64,000 bases of DNA. Origin: the human T2T-CHM13v2.0 reference genome, Homo sapiens. Each line of letters opens with the position of its first letter. Position 1 is the first letter of the stretch. The DNA lies in the NCBI RefSeq assembly GCF_009914755.1, contig NC_060926.1, one strand, 5' to 3'. The notes below the pieces were generated by a model. The model did not search any database. It was given only the letters and a program-made list of their open reading frames with translations, and was not told the origin of the DNA. Shown one piece after another: positions 1 through 14,300 of this stretch. A program made the position numbers and the translations under genes.

Positions 1-1300
1 TAATGGACATATGTGCCTCTCGCAGAAATTAGAGCAACATTCTTTTCCATTACATATGGAACATTTACAATATTTTACCATGTACTAGACCATAAAGCAA
101 CTCCCAGTAGCTTTCAAAGACCTGTATAAAATGAATCATGTAATTTGAACACAATTAGACTAAAAATTCATTTAAAAATAATTAAAAGCCCATATGTTTA
201 GAAATTTAAAAAATAAACTTCTAAATAACAAACCAAAGGAAAAATCATGATGAAAATATAAAAATACTTACTAAATGGAAATGAAAACACTAATAGCAAA
301 ACATGGAGTTTTCATGTCCAGCCATGACAGAGTCCCAGGGACCAGGCTTAACCTCTCACTGTAAACAATAACTAGCAAAGAAGACAAAATATACGAAAAT
401 ACTGGTGTTCAGACATCAGACAATAGGCAGTGCAGGACTGTGATCCCTGAGAGAAGGGGCACATACTAGGTGAGCCCTGTGATCACTCCAAATCTGCCTG
501 GAGGCAGGCACAGCAAGGTAGGACCCAAGCGCCTTGGCAGCTTTGACAGGTTGAGAAGATGGTGGTCAGAGTTTGGGTGGGCAGAGGCAGCTGGAGGTTG
601 TGAGTCAGAGTTCTGGAAGAAAGGAGCTGCTCAGCAGAAGTCCAGAAATTTGCACCGGGGTACCCTTGAGTCTTTTCAGAGTACTAGTCCATTCCTGGAT
701 AATCCAGACACAAAAAGACTGGGCCGTTGTAATCTGAACAATTCTCAAAACTCACACAAGGTAAGGAGACATCTGTGATCCTATCAGCCAGAACAGGGAG
801 TCCTCTTGAGCCTCCACTCCAGATATTCCGTGGAGACCCTGGAGAAGGCATGCCCTAGGTGGGGGACTAAACTATTCCTGCAGGTGGTCTACTCTAGACC
901 AGCTCTAGAAAAGCTTAAGAACAGGCCTTGACTGATCAAACTGGTCTTCAAGTAAGTTAAGCGCCTGCCAAGACAAAGCCCAACATGCACTAAAGCAAGA
1001 AATAGAAGTCAGACTCTCTAAAAACTAAAAATCATGTCTAGCATCCAATCAAAAATTACTAGACCTGCCAAGAACCAGGAAAATGTGATGCATAACTATG
1101 AGAAAAATAAGCAATAGAAACATGAATTTTCCTACAATTATTAAAGAAATTGATCCAATAGTTTAAAAATCTACCCACAAAAAAAGGCAGCAGATTCAGA
1201 CACTTCTTATAGGTGAGTTCCACCATACATTTGTTTAAAAGATAATATCAGTCCTATACAAACTCTTTATGAGAATGGAGGAAAGAGAGGGAAACACACA
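1..1300 (+). mobile_element. Old L1 (L1M-type) fragments
   Basis: A-rich degenerate L1 ORF2-like and 5'-region-like sequence (e.g. catggaacatttacaa..., gaaattgatccaatagtttaaaaatctacccac) with no intact ORF. Confidence 0.6.
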
Positions 1301-1418
1301 AAGAATATAAAGTCGTCCCTCAGTATCAGTAGGAGATTGGTTCCAGGACCCCCCACAGATACCAAAATCCACAGATGCTCAAGTCCCTCATATGAGCTGG
1401 TGTACTATTTGCATTTGA

Positions 1419-1841
<423 letters not shown>

Positions 1842-2029
1842 TAATACAATGTGAATGCTATGTATTAATAAATAGTTGCTATACTGTATTGTCCAGGTAA
1901 TAGTGACAAGGGAAAAACATTTGTACATGTTCAGTATAGACAAACCATTCTTTTTTTCCAAAAATTTTGATCTGGTTGAATTCACAGATGCAGAACCCAC
2001 AGATATCGAGAGCCAACTGTACTCCTAGC

Positions 2030-2730
2030 TCATTCACTGATGCTAATAGAATTTTAGCATCAAAGTAAACAAGAAAAAATTGAGAAAGATTATAGACCAG
2101 TTTCACTGATGAACATAGGTACAAAAGTCTGAAAAATTAGCAAGAAAATACAGTAACAAATAAAAAGGGCAATGCAGGTAAGCATATTCCAGGAATACCA
2201 GTATAGCTTGACATTAGGATAGCTATTATTATAATTTTCAAATTAAAGAAGAAAGAATATGAGGCCCTCAATAGATACTAAAAAAGCATTCCATAATTTT
2301 CAAGACTCATTTGTGATAAAATTCTAAGCAATATTAGAATAAAAGAAAACTTTTTTAACCTCATAATAGCTATCTACTAAAAACCTACCCAAACATCACA
2401 CTTAATGGTAAAATGATAGGAACATTTCCTTTATATTCAGAAACAAGTCCAGGATGCTTGCTATCTCTACTTCTATTTAACATTGTAGGAGAGGTTCTGG
2501 CCAAACCAGTAAGACAGGAAAATAACAAACAACATAAATATGAATTTGAAAGAAAGAAACCAAACTGTCATTATCTGCAGACCATTTGCTCATCTACACA
2601 TAAATCAAGAGAATCCACAGAAAAAATATTTGAATTAGGAAGGTTCAATAAGGTTGTAGAAATCAAGAACATTCTTATATACCTGATAAAGAATTAAAAC
2701 ATATTTTAAGGTATCCTTTAAAATAATAAC
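2030..2730 (+). mobile_element. Old L1 ORF2 (RT-region) fragment
   Basis: Degenerate translation ...CLLSLLLFNIVGEVLAKPVRQE... resembles L1 ORF2 '[22 protein letters not shown]'. Confidence 0.75.
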
Positions 2731-2732
2731 CC

Positions 2733-3050
2733 AACCTGGCACAGTGGCTCACACCTGTAGTCCCAGCTACCATGGAGGCTGAGGTAGAAGGATTGCTTGA
2801 GCCCAGGAATTCAAGACCAGCCTGAGCAACATAGCAAGACCCATTTCTAAAACAAAAAAAAAAAATTTTTTTTTTTTAATTAGCCAGGAGTAGTGGCAAC
2901 ATCTGTAGTACCAGCTCCTTGGGAGGCTGAGGTAGGAGGATCACTTGAGCTCAGGAGTTCGAGGCTGCGGTGAGCTAATGATCACACCACTGCACTCCAG
3001 GCTGGGCAACAGAGCAAGATCTTCTCTCTAAAAAATAAATAAATAAAATA
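2733..3050 (+). mobile_element. Alu (J-like) with A/T-tract linker
   Basis: gtggctcacacctgtagtcccagc...ggattgcttgagcccagg; A-rich tail at ~3030-3050. Confidence 0.88.
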
Positions 3051-3092
3051 ATAACCCAAACTATAGAGTACCTAGGAATAAATGTCACTAAC

Positions 3093-3385
<293 letters not shown>

Positions 3386-4024
3386 GTCACTAACTTATTA
3401 TAAAGAAAATTGTAGAACTTTACTAAAAACATTGCGGAAAATCTAAATAAATGGAGAACTATAACTTATTGGTGGAAAATAAATCTCAATATCTTGAAAA
3501 CATTTAATTTTACCCAAATTGATTCAAAAACTCAATGTCATTTCATATGAAAACTCAAGTTCTTTTGTGAATCATGACAAGTTGCTTCTAGAAATGTATA
3601 TGGTAGAGTAAGATGTTAAGAACATCAATAACAAGTCTGAAGAAGAAGAAAAAAAAGACCAGAGGGCAGAGGGCAACACGCCCTATGATCTCGAGCCTTG
3701 GTAGAAAGCCCTGGCATGAAGTCGGGCTGTGCTGGGACAGGAAGAGGCCATCACGAGTGCAACAGAAGGGACCCCAGGAACAGACCTGCAGAAGCACAGC
3801 CCTTTTGACATCTGGGAAAGGTGGCTTTACAGAGCAAGGGGGAGAGGACGGACGACCGAACCAGCGATGGAAGGAACACTGGTTGGCAATATGGAGAATA
3901 CACCATTAGATCCCTTTATATGTCAAATAAATTCCATGTGGATTAAAGACCTCTATGTTAACAAAAAATGTTTTGGAAGAAAATAAAGAAGAGTTATATC
4001 TTCACGCTACCCCTAGGGAAGGAA

Positions 4025-4469
4025 TTTTTTTTTTTTTTTTTTGAGACAGAGTCTCACTCTGTCGCCCAGGCTGGAGTGCGGTGGTGCAATCTTGGCTCGC
4101 TGCAACCTCTGCCACCAGGATTCAAGAGAAATACCTAATGTAAATGACGAGTTGATGGGTGCAGCAAATCAACATGGTACATGTATACCTTTGTAACAAA
4201 CCTGCACGTTGTGCACATGTACCCTAGAACTTAAAGTATAATAAAAAAAAAAAAAAGAGTTTCTTGTGCCTCAGTCACCCAAGTAACTGGGGTTACAGGC
4301 ATGTGCCATCACACCTATTTTTATTTTTATTTTTATTTTTTGTATTTTCAGTAGAGATAGGGTTTCGCCACATTGGCCAGGTTAGTCTCAAGCTCCTGGC
4401 CTCAAGTGATCCACCCACCTCGGCCTCCCAAAGCGCTGGAATTACAGGTGCGAGCCACCGCACCCAGCC
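4025..4469 (-). mobile_element. Alu interrupted by an L1PA 3' stub
   Basis: Alu reverse complement broken after ...ggattcaag and resuming after the L1 poly-A. Confidence 0.88.
4126..4256 (+). mobile_element. Extremely 5'-truncated L1PA 3' end
   Basis: gagaaatacctaatgtaaatgacgag...acctgcacgttgtgcacatgtaccctagaacttaaagtataataaaaaa is the L1PA 3' terminus plus poly-A. Confidence 0.92.
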
Positions 4470-5435
4470 GGAAAGATTTCTTAACCCACCGAAAACACCA
4501 AAATGAAAGTTTGGGTATCAAAAGATATCACTAAAACGGTGACGAGAACCCCACCCACCTGGAGAAGGTATCTGCAACACATACAATTCAACGAAGGATT
4601 TGTACGCAGAATACACAGAGGACAGATAAAAATAAAAATTTACAAAAATCACAGAAGAAAATGGGCAAAAAGATATGAACTGGCAATTTACATGAAAAGA
4701 TACTCAACCACGATAGTAATTCGGAAACCATATTTTCAAACTGTATCCACCAGATGGCAACATTTAAAAGTAGGGCACACCAAACGCTGTCAGAAGGAGG
4801 CCACAGGAGCTTTTACAGCTCACCTTGGGAGTGAACGGGTGCCACCACTTTGAAAATAACATGGTAACATCTGGAGGGGCTGCAGACCTTGTGCCCCAGC
4901 AACTCTGCAAGTAGAGATGCTATACATATTCACAGGGAGAAATACACCCAAATGCAGAATGACTTATCATTACAAAAAGAATGGAGACAGCCCAAATGCC
5001 CAGCATCCAAGATGCAGATGAATGCAGAGTCGGCTGCAGGCCCCTCGAAGTTTCAAACACACAAGCAGCACTCCACAGACTCGGGGCAGACGATGACACT
5101 CCAGGAGCGATCAGCACCGAATTCATGGTGCTGGGCGTGGAGGGGGTCTAAGGGCCTGGACGCCACCAAGGCCACTCGATGTGCCCGCCATGGTGACGTG
5201 GAAGGACCTCCTTCCCGCCAGGCCCCATCTGTCCGTCTTCCTCCCCAGGGTGATGTGGGTCGGCCGAGATGCCGGGTGGTGGTGAGCCCTCTGCCAGTGC
5301 TACCCTTGGGGAGCAGGTTGGAAATGCCTTATTTTGAAAGCTAATGTGGGCATGTGGCCGTTGGTTGTAATATTCTGTATTCCTTGTTGTATATTTTTGC
5401 TACCACATGACACAATTTTTAAAGATGTAACTATT

Positions 5436-5753
<318 letters not shown>

Positions 5754-6796
5754 AACTATCTTCAAGAAGTTGTTCTGTCAGCCAACCTGAGAGGGAGCCA
5801 CGTGGCCCCAAGGGTGGCCAGAGCCTATGGGCGTGGCTGATGGCAGAAGGCAAAGCTGAGGATGGGGGTCTGACACAGCTGAACCCCTGAGAAGGCGGGG
5901 GGTTGCGGTCCACAGTGCCAGACACAGCACATGCCAGAGCCCAGGAGAAAGGGTGAGCTCCCCTCAAAGACAGAGAGGGGCACCTCTGGGACAGGTGGGG
6001 CAGGAAGTCATCAGAAACAAGAAGCATGAACTGGTCCTGTGGGGTGAGGTCACGCTGGCTGGAGTGGCCAGAGATGAGGGCACAGGCTCAAGGGTGGCAG
6101 GGAGGAAGCCAGAGGGGTTGGGATGACTGCTCAGAGCCAAAGAAGATGCCGAGAAGCTGGTGGTGGCAGGGTGGGGTCTGCGCTGGGGACATAGAGGCAA
6201 CACCACGGGTGTCTGAGGCTCTGACTAGACCCAGGATGCACCCACAGGAAGTGGGCAGAGAAGATGGCCCGAGGGCAGGAGAGGGAAAGAGGGCTGGGGG
6301 ATGGTGGCCATCCATGTGGGTATGTGGGTATGGCCAGCCGGCTGTGATGACTCCAGGAAAGGGAGACCATGAGCCCTGAGCCAGGGGCCCCAGGACAGAG
6401 GAGAGGGGAACAGAATCCATTCACTTGGTAAAAATGCATGCAGAAAACCCACTGGGCGCACCGGGCCACGCCCCGCAAGTCACTGCAGGCACAGAGGGCA
6501 GGGTGGCCCCGGAGGAACTCCCCTGTTGCTTTGGGGCTCTGGGACCATTTCAGGTTCCTGCCTCACCCTGGGGTGGGGGCATCAGCAGAAAAAGCCAAGT
6601 CCCTGTGGAAGGGGGCTGGGGGTGGCACCAAGGCAGATGACAAAGCGTGCCTCAGCTCGAGGAGTGTCCAGGAAAGACCAGGCATGGGGTGACGGTGAGG
6701 GCCAGACACAGGCCTGGCACAGGCACTCCCTGCCCAGCTGCTGGAGAGGCCCATGCTGCAGAGCATCGCACAGGCATCCGCCTGGAGCCCAGACGC

Positions 6797-8003
6797 CCTT
6801 CACCTCTGGGTCTGCCTTCACCTCAGGGGCCCGCCTTTACCTCGGGATCTGCCTTCACCTTGGGGATCCACCTTCACCTGGGGATCCACCTTCACCTCAG
6901 ACATCTGCCTTCACCTCGGGATCCACATTCACCTCAGGGATCTGCCTTCACCTCAGGATCTGCCTTCACCTCGGGATCTGCCTTCACCTCTGGGTCCGCC
7001 TTCACCTCAAGATCCACCTTCACCTCAGGGATCAGCCTTCACCTCGAGATCCACCTTCACCTCAGGCAGGGATCAGCCTTCACCTCAGGGATCCGCCTTC
7101 ACCTCGGGGATCCGCCTTCACCTTGGGATCTGCCTTCACCTCTGGGTCCGCCTTCACCTCAAGATCCACCTTCACCTCAGGGATCAGCCTTCACCTCGGG
7201 GATCTGCCTTCACCTCGGGGATCAGCCTTCACTCGGGGATCCGCCTTCACCTCGGGGATCCGCCTTCACCTCGGGGATCAGCCTTCACCTCGGGGATCCG
7301 CCTTCACCTCGGGGATCCGCCTTCACCTCGGAGATCTGCCTTCACCTCGGGGATCCGCCTTCACCTCGGGGATCCGCCTTCACCTCGGGGATCTGCCTTC
7401 ACCTCAAGGATCCGCCTTCACCTCAAGGATCCACCTTCACCTCAGGGATCAGCCTTCACCTCGAGATCCACCTTCACCTCAGGCAGGGATCAGCCTTCAC
7501 CTCAGGGATCTGCCTTCACCTCGGGGATCCGCCTTCACCTCGGGATCTGCCTTCACCTCTGGGTCCGCCTTCACCTCAAGATCCACCTTCACCTCAGGGA
7601 TCAGCCTTCACCTCGGGGATCTGCCTTCACCTCGGGGATCAGCCATCACTCGGGGATCCGCCTTCACCTCGGGGATCCGCCTTCACCTCGGGGATCCGCC
7701 TTCACCTCGGGGATCAGCCTTCACCTCGGGGATCCGCCTTCACCTCGGGGATCTGCCTTCACCTCGGGGATCCGCCTTCACCTCAAGGATCCACCTTCAC
7801 CTCGGGGATCAGCCTTCACCTCGGGGATCCGCCTTCACCTCGGGGATCAGCCTTCACCTCAAGGATCCGCCTTCACCTCGGGGATCCGCCTTCACCTCGG
7901 GGATCCGCCTTCACCTCAAGGATCCACCTTCACCTCGGGGATCCGCCTTCACCTCGGGGATCCGCCTTCACCTCGGGGATCTGCCTTCACCTCAAGGATC
8001 CAC
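6797..8003. repeat. 19-bp minisatellite (consensus GCCTTCACCTCGGGGATCC), roughly 60-65 units
   Basis: Directly visible tandem array with 18-19-bp variants and higher-order duplication. Confidence 0.97.
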
Positions 8004-8899
8004 TTGCTCCCAGTTAGACAAGTGGCCCGCCATGTGCACACCCAGCAGGGCCAGCCCAGAACAAAGCATCGGCATGGGCCACTTCCTGAAACACTGATCC
8101 TTCTTGAAGAGTTTGAGAAAAAAACCACAGCAGGTTTTTCTTAGAATTACAACCGATTGTCATAGAGGAGTGTCCTGGCCACCCCTGGAGAGTAAGGAGC
8201 CCCAGGTCCAATGACTGCAGGCACACTGGTTGCTCTGAGACCCCATGGGATAGGGCCAGAGCCCACCACACAGCCCCCAACTGCAAAGGGCGTGGGAGAG
8301 GCGTTTCCTGGGACCTCAGCCCTGAGTGCCGCTTGCAGAGGGCAGGGAAGGGGCAGGGGCTCAGGCATGGGAACTCAGGCACCTGGTGGAAGGCAGGGGT
8401 GAGAAGTGAGGCTAACATGGAAGCCCGCACCCCCAGCCCCGCCATCCACCCTCCGAGGGTGGTCACTGCCAGTGCCCCCAGGTGAGCAGCTGAATGGCTT
8501 TCTCCATAGCAGGAGTGAAGCCTTCAGTGAGCTGAAGAATGCAGTACCCCTCATTCTGATATGCAGGGGCAGCTTGGTAGCCAGCCCCACCCCTTCACCT
8601 AAGCCAGGGCCTGCCATGGACACCCCACCCCCCATGGACACCCCACCCCAGCTCTGGTCAGAACCACTCCGGGGTGAGCAGCAGCAGCCCTGCCGCTCCC
8701 GCCAATGGCCTCCCTAACACATGATGTGCCAACTAATGCCTTCCTCGGGCGTGAGAACAGAGTGTGAAAGGGAAGGACCAGAGCTGCCAGCAGAAAACAG
8801 GCCCTGCGGGAAGGACAGGCAAAGCATGGAACAGACGCGAAACAACCGAGCACAACCTCTGTCCACGCACCCGGGAGATTCAAGAAGATGCTCATTTTC

Positions 8900-9600
8900 A
8901 AAACAAGGGCAGAATGCTATGAGACAGAACATTTAGAAACGTGAAGATTTTAGAGATGAAAAATGTAAGAGATGAAGTACAAGATTCCAAAAACCCTAGA
9001 AAAGGCAGTCAAAGGACTTTAGAATATAAACAAGGAGACAGAATATACAAGAGAAAAGCAACCAAACAGACCAACCCATGAATTCAGGGTAAAAGAAAAA
9101 ATGAAAAGGAGGAAATTACGAACAAATAGAAGTAGAGACCCTGACTTCAGTGTGAAGGGCCCACCGAGTGCCAATAAATGCGAACCCCATCCTTACACCC
9201 GTCGACATGAAGTTAGAACACCAAGGAAAAGACAGGATCCTAAAAGCTTCCAGGGAGAAAAGACGAGTTGCCAACAAAGCCTGCTCATAAGTGACCTGAT
9301 GCAGAAAGCCATGGTGACCCTATCCTTAGAGTTCCCAGGAAAGCTACTTAGGAACAGAAGTACCCCAGACACTACCACCCAGAGCAAGGACACAGCAAAA
9401 ACACTCTCACACACCAAAGACTCATGCACCCTTTCAAGGAAGTCACACAAGGATGTGCTCCAGCAAAACAAGACAGGAAACCAAGAAACAAGCAGCTCTA
9501 GGGTCCAAGAAACAGAAACTCCAATCCAGGGGACATGGCAAGCAGCTGCCAGAGGCCACTTCTGGAGGTGCGATAAAAGGGAAAAAACTCATTCAAGAAA
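8900..9600 (+). mobile_element. Degenerate L1 ORF1-region fragment
   Basis: A-rich, with L1M ORF1-like remnants such as aggatcctaaaagcttccagggagaaa. Confidence 0.5.
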
Positions 9601-9607
9601 ATAAAAA

Positions 9608-9897
9608 GGCTGGGCGCGGTGGCTCATACCTAAAATCCCAGCACTTTGTGGGGCCGAGGCAGGAGGATTGCTTAAGCCCAGGAATTCAAGACTTGCCTGG
9701 GCAACATGGCAAAACCCCGTCTACAAAAAATTAGCCAGGTGTGGTGATACATGCCCATAGTCCCAGCTATTCAGGAGGCTGAGATAGGAGGATCACTTGA
9801 ACCCAGGAGGTTGAGGCTGTGGTGAGCTGTGACTGCACCACTGCACTCCAACCTGGGTGACAGAGTGAGACCCTGTCTCTAAAATGAAATAAAATAA
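9608..9897 (+). mobile_element. Alu (J-like)
   Basis: ggctgggcgcggtggctca...ggattgcttaagcccagg...aaataaaataaa. Confidence 0.9.
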
Positions 9898-11106
9898 AGA
9901 TAACCAAGAGCTGGAGAAAATAAAACACCAACCAAGAACATCTTGCCTAAGTACAGAGCTGACGCAAAGGGTGTGGGGCCGTAAGCGTGCTCCTCTGGTC
10001 TGCGCCTAGCCCACTGCAGCCACTACTTGTCCTAGAGCTGCAGCCCTCCCAGGCCCCAAGGACCTGCACCCATGGTGGGGCCCTGGCCCCAGAAGCAGGA
10101 GAGTGGGGACCAGATGACACCAAGCAACTGAGTACAGTCCCACCCCAGCCCCACAGCAGCTCCTCAGGAGCCACACCGACCCATGACCTTGAGCATTGAC
10201 TGCCCAGCCCTGTCCTGCACCATCCTGGCTTGAGCTGATGACAGATGGAGAAGGAAACTGAGGCCCACCCTCAGGTGGGCCTTTCTGGCAGGGCTGAGGT
10301 GGGGGCAGGAACCCCTTGAGGGCATTCCTGGCACTACCAGCCTCAGGGAAGGGGCCCTGCAGGAGCAGTCCGGGGCCATGCCTGTCCCTAGAGCTGCATT
10401 TCAGGAGCCCCACGGGAGGCCCAGAGGGAAGGGGGTGCCTGTCATTCCTAAGCCAGGCTCAGGAATCCATAGGTTCTGAACAAGAGACACTGAGACCCAA
10501 AGACACCCCAACCCCTGAGAGGGTGGCCAAAGCTCAACCTGGACTCTACCAGAAAATGCGGTACCTGGGCTAGAACAACCGGCTCAGCCATGGAAGAGCA
10601 CTGACTGAGTCTTCACTCTGTGTGAGGCACCGTGCTGGCCCCCGTGGGGGTGGGAGAAGTGGGGGGTAATGGGGGTGGAGGAGAAAGTGGAGGGATGAGC
10701 AGAAAGCACTAAAGGAGCTACCATCCTCGGAGTCCCAGGTCCTCACTTTACAAGCCACATGGGCTTCTCAGGAGCCTCAGTCTCCATACCTGGAAAATGG
10801 GAACACCACCACCTGGCTCAGTGGGGTCCGAGCCAAGCGGTGCTGTTCTCATTGTTCAGGTGTGGAGTGGCATGGGATAAAGGGAAGCACATGAGGTGCA
10901 CAGTGCAGGCTATGACCAGTGTTCTCTGTCTTCTTCCCCACCCCTGGAAACCTATGGTTGTGGAGGGGGTGCCAATCTGAGGGGTAGGGGTGACAGCAGG
11001 CATCATGGCAGAGGCAGCATTTGAGGGGGACCTAAAACCTAATGTGGAGGTTGAGTAGAAAGTATTGAGAAGAAACCCAGGCAAGAACAAAGACAGGGAC
11101 AAGGGA

Positions 11107-11390
11107 TGCAGAGTGTGTGTGTGTGTGTGTGTCTATCTGCATGCATGCATGTGTGTATGCATGCGTGCATAAGCATGTGTGTATGTGTGTTTGTATGTGA
11201 ATGTATGTGTGGGTATGTGAGTGTGCATGAGCATGCATGTGTGTGTATGAGTGTCTGTGTGTGTGAATGTATGCATGGGTGGGTGTGCGTGCATGTGTGT
11301 GTCAGTGTGTGTGCAATGTGTGTGTATGTGTATATGCATGTGGATCTGTGTGTGTTCGAGTGGATGCATGTGACTATGAGTGTGTGTGGC
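11107..11390. repeat. Degenerate (TG)-rich simple repeat
   Basis: About 280 bp of TG/TGCA/TATG repeats. Confidence 0.92.
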
Positions 11391-14300
11391 CGGGTGACTG
11401 CTCTGGACCCCTCCAGGGCACTGTGGGGAGGGGTGAGGAATAAGCACGAGGATGCCTGGAGAGCCAGGCACTGGCCTGCCCTCCCTATACCCCAAGGCGT
11501 CCTGAAATCTGGCAGGGATGGCAAGCAGGAGGGACCCCCAAAGGTCATCTGAATCCCCAGGCTCTGTGGCAGCCAGGGCTGGGCCTGCCCAGACCACAAG
11601 GCCTGGGATTAGGAGATTAAATCCAGGGTGAGGAGGCTTTAGAGAGGCAGCAGCCCCTCCTACTCATTCCGGCAACCCCAGCCTCTGAGTCCCACATCCA
11701 AGTCCCATATCCACACATCCGGATCAATCTCTACAATGCACTAGGCCTGCAGGAGGCCAAAGCTGGCAGGATGGGCTGGCAAGGAGCAGGAGAGGTCAGG
11801 AGGCTCAGTCTCCACCTGCTGCTGACCTTGACTGTGCCCTCTGCCCCACAGCACCCCCAACTGCAGCACGTGGGCCAAGCCCAGCCAGCTGTTCCCTGGG
11901 TTCTTGAGGCCCTGGGGGTGGGGGCACTGGGGTGGCGAGAGGCCAGCCAGGCTGAGGGTGGGGATCCCAGTGGGGCTCAGGAGCTAAAGAGCAAGCTGGC
12001 TTCGTCAGGTGGGGCCACTGTGCCCCTGCCTCTGCCCAGGTGCCATGCCAAAGGACTGGGATGCAAAGCTCTGGGATCCCAAACCCTCCTGTAGCAGGGA
12101 TGGGCCTATGGCCGGAGGCCACCACCTAAGGGGCAGAAGCCGGCAAGGACGCAGGCCCAACGCTGCCTGGCTGTGTCCCTGGGTACCCTGGCCACCCATG
12201 GACAGGTTCGGGGCAGGGTGTGGCCCAGCCCCCCATGGTTCTCAGAGACGCTCCTGGGCATGGAGTGGGTGATGGGCAGTGGGAGGTGACACCTTGAGTC
12301 CCTTTGGCCACCCATATTGTGGGTGGTGAGCCACATCCTTTGGGCCTAAGAACACTGAATGTGGCAATGACCTAGAGAGGTCCCCAGACTCTGCAGGCAG
12401 ACAACCACGTGCTCATCCTACCAATCACAGCCACCCAGAGACCCAGGCCCACCACTCTCCACCCGTGGTAGCGGCTCAGGCCCCTCCCAGCTCACTGATA
12501 GATGTGCACGGATGGTCTCAGGCCTGACGGGATTGGCCAGCTAGGCATGTGCAGGGCTCAGTAAATCCCAATGACCTAATGCTGGTAGCCCCTCCATAGA
12601 CCCCAATCTGGTAGGACCAGGGCTCTGTGGGAACGTCTCCCTTCCCGTCCCCACCACACCCAGTTCACCTGCTTTGGCCGGCCCGGCTGAGTGGCCTGAA
12701 GAGATGCCCTCAGTCTCCTCCAGGGCCTCCTCCTCCAGCTCACATCTCCCCCTCCACCCTTCACAAATCCCACAGGAGGACTGCCCTACCCTACTCCCAA
12801 AGGGCATGGTGGGCCCAAGGTCAGCAGTCATGACATCAGTGAGGACTGCGGGGCACAGGCTGGGCGGCCGGGCAGTGACCCCAGTTTTAATCCTGATCCA
12901 GCCAAGCATCATCCCTGGGCTTTGGGCAGAACTCCAGGCTCCACCTGTTTGTGGCTGGCCGGCTGGAGCCCCAGATGGGGCAGTCTGTGGGACATTCCAG
13001 TGGGGAAGGGGGAAAGGAGGCACCCAGGGGGGCAGCACCCGGCTGGGAGCAGGGCTGGCACACAGCAGACATCTTGCAGGCCCTCACCACAGGGACCTCC
13101 CTGGGCCCGGCCCGGGACCCCTGCCTTGACAACTGATTCCAGCCTCTGTCCACCCTGCGGACCTGCCCGGGGAGGACACCTGCAGGGCCTCAGATCCATC
13201 TGCAGCCGGAGTGAAGCTGTTCATCCGGGCCCTGCCTTGGACCCAGCACCCTCCCGAGACTTCACCCCGGGTAAAGGCTGCCCTCCTCCGATCCCACGCT
13301 GGGCCCCTCAGCCAGCGGCCTTACCGCATCCCTCCTCATCCCTCCGGTCCAGAGGGTTCCTGGGTCTTGACTCCAACCACCCCATCAACCAAACAAGGAA
13401 CCCCTCTAAATAGACGGTGTGTGTTCAGTGCAAGGGCAGACCTGAGCCCTGGCCCTGGCCCATCCCACACCCTGCACCGCAAGCTCCACATCTGCTCCAC
13501 TCCTGACTGCCCCACTCCTGACTGCCCCACTCCACAGCCTGGCTAAGGCTGGTGGCCAACCACACCTGCAAAATGGCCGCCGCAGGTGCAGCCCCAACCC
13601 CCACGTGGACCCCAGAGCTTCCCTTCAAACCCTCTGCTGCCTTCTCACACCACGAGGGTGCTGGCATGGCTTCCCTGGCAAAGGCCCCGCCAGCCTGAGT
13701 GCGACCTGGTGTCCCGCAGAGCCGAGCACGGTGTCGCGCTGTGCGTCCCCAGGGTGAGGCCAGTGCCAGCCCTGCGAGGCAGGGGCCTCTCCGCACCGCC
13801 TCCTCTCCGCAGCCGCAAGATCCAATCCGCTTGCCCTGGCAGGCCTTTAATTCCAGCAATGCAGGCACCCCTTGGAAAGGGCTGACGCTTGGGGAAGGGG
13901 TCCTCCAGTCTCTGGGGGAAAGTCCCTATTCCCGGGGACGTGGGCGCGCATCGGGTCCGCGCCGGGCGACGTCGCGCTCGCGCCCAGCAGGCCCCATGAC
14001 TTGGCATTCCCTCCTTCCCCTCCCCCTCCCGCCCCTGCGGCCGGCAGGGCCCCCCCAACCCCACCTACCGGCGCCCAGCGCCCCGCTCCTGCGGACCCTC
14101 CCTCCCGGCGGGGATGCTGCCCCGGCCCTTCCCAGCGAGAGGGCAGCGCGGCTGGTTTGGGGGAAGTCAGCGTGAGGAGCGGCTTAAAGCGGGAGTGCGA
14201 AGGTCTTCGCGGCCACTGTTCCTTCGTGTCATCCGAGCCCGGGCGCCGGGGGCGCGCCGCCAGCCTAGACCCTGCGGCCCCGCAGCCCCTCCCTCGCCGC

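Noticed and set aside
5110-5134. CAGCACC-N8-GGTGCTG inverted repeat resembling REST/RE1 half-sites
   Set aside because: Only left half-sites with no GGACAG half; a 7-bp inverted repeat is expected by chance.
6526-8144. Three overlapping 456-523-aa ORFs
   Set aside because: Artefact of a stop-free 19-bp VNTR; repetitive peptide, no splice or promoter support, antisense within the KIF1A intron.
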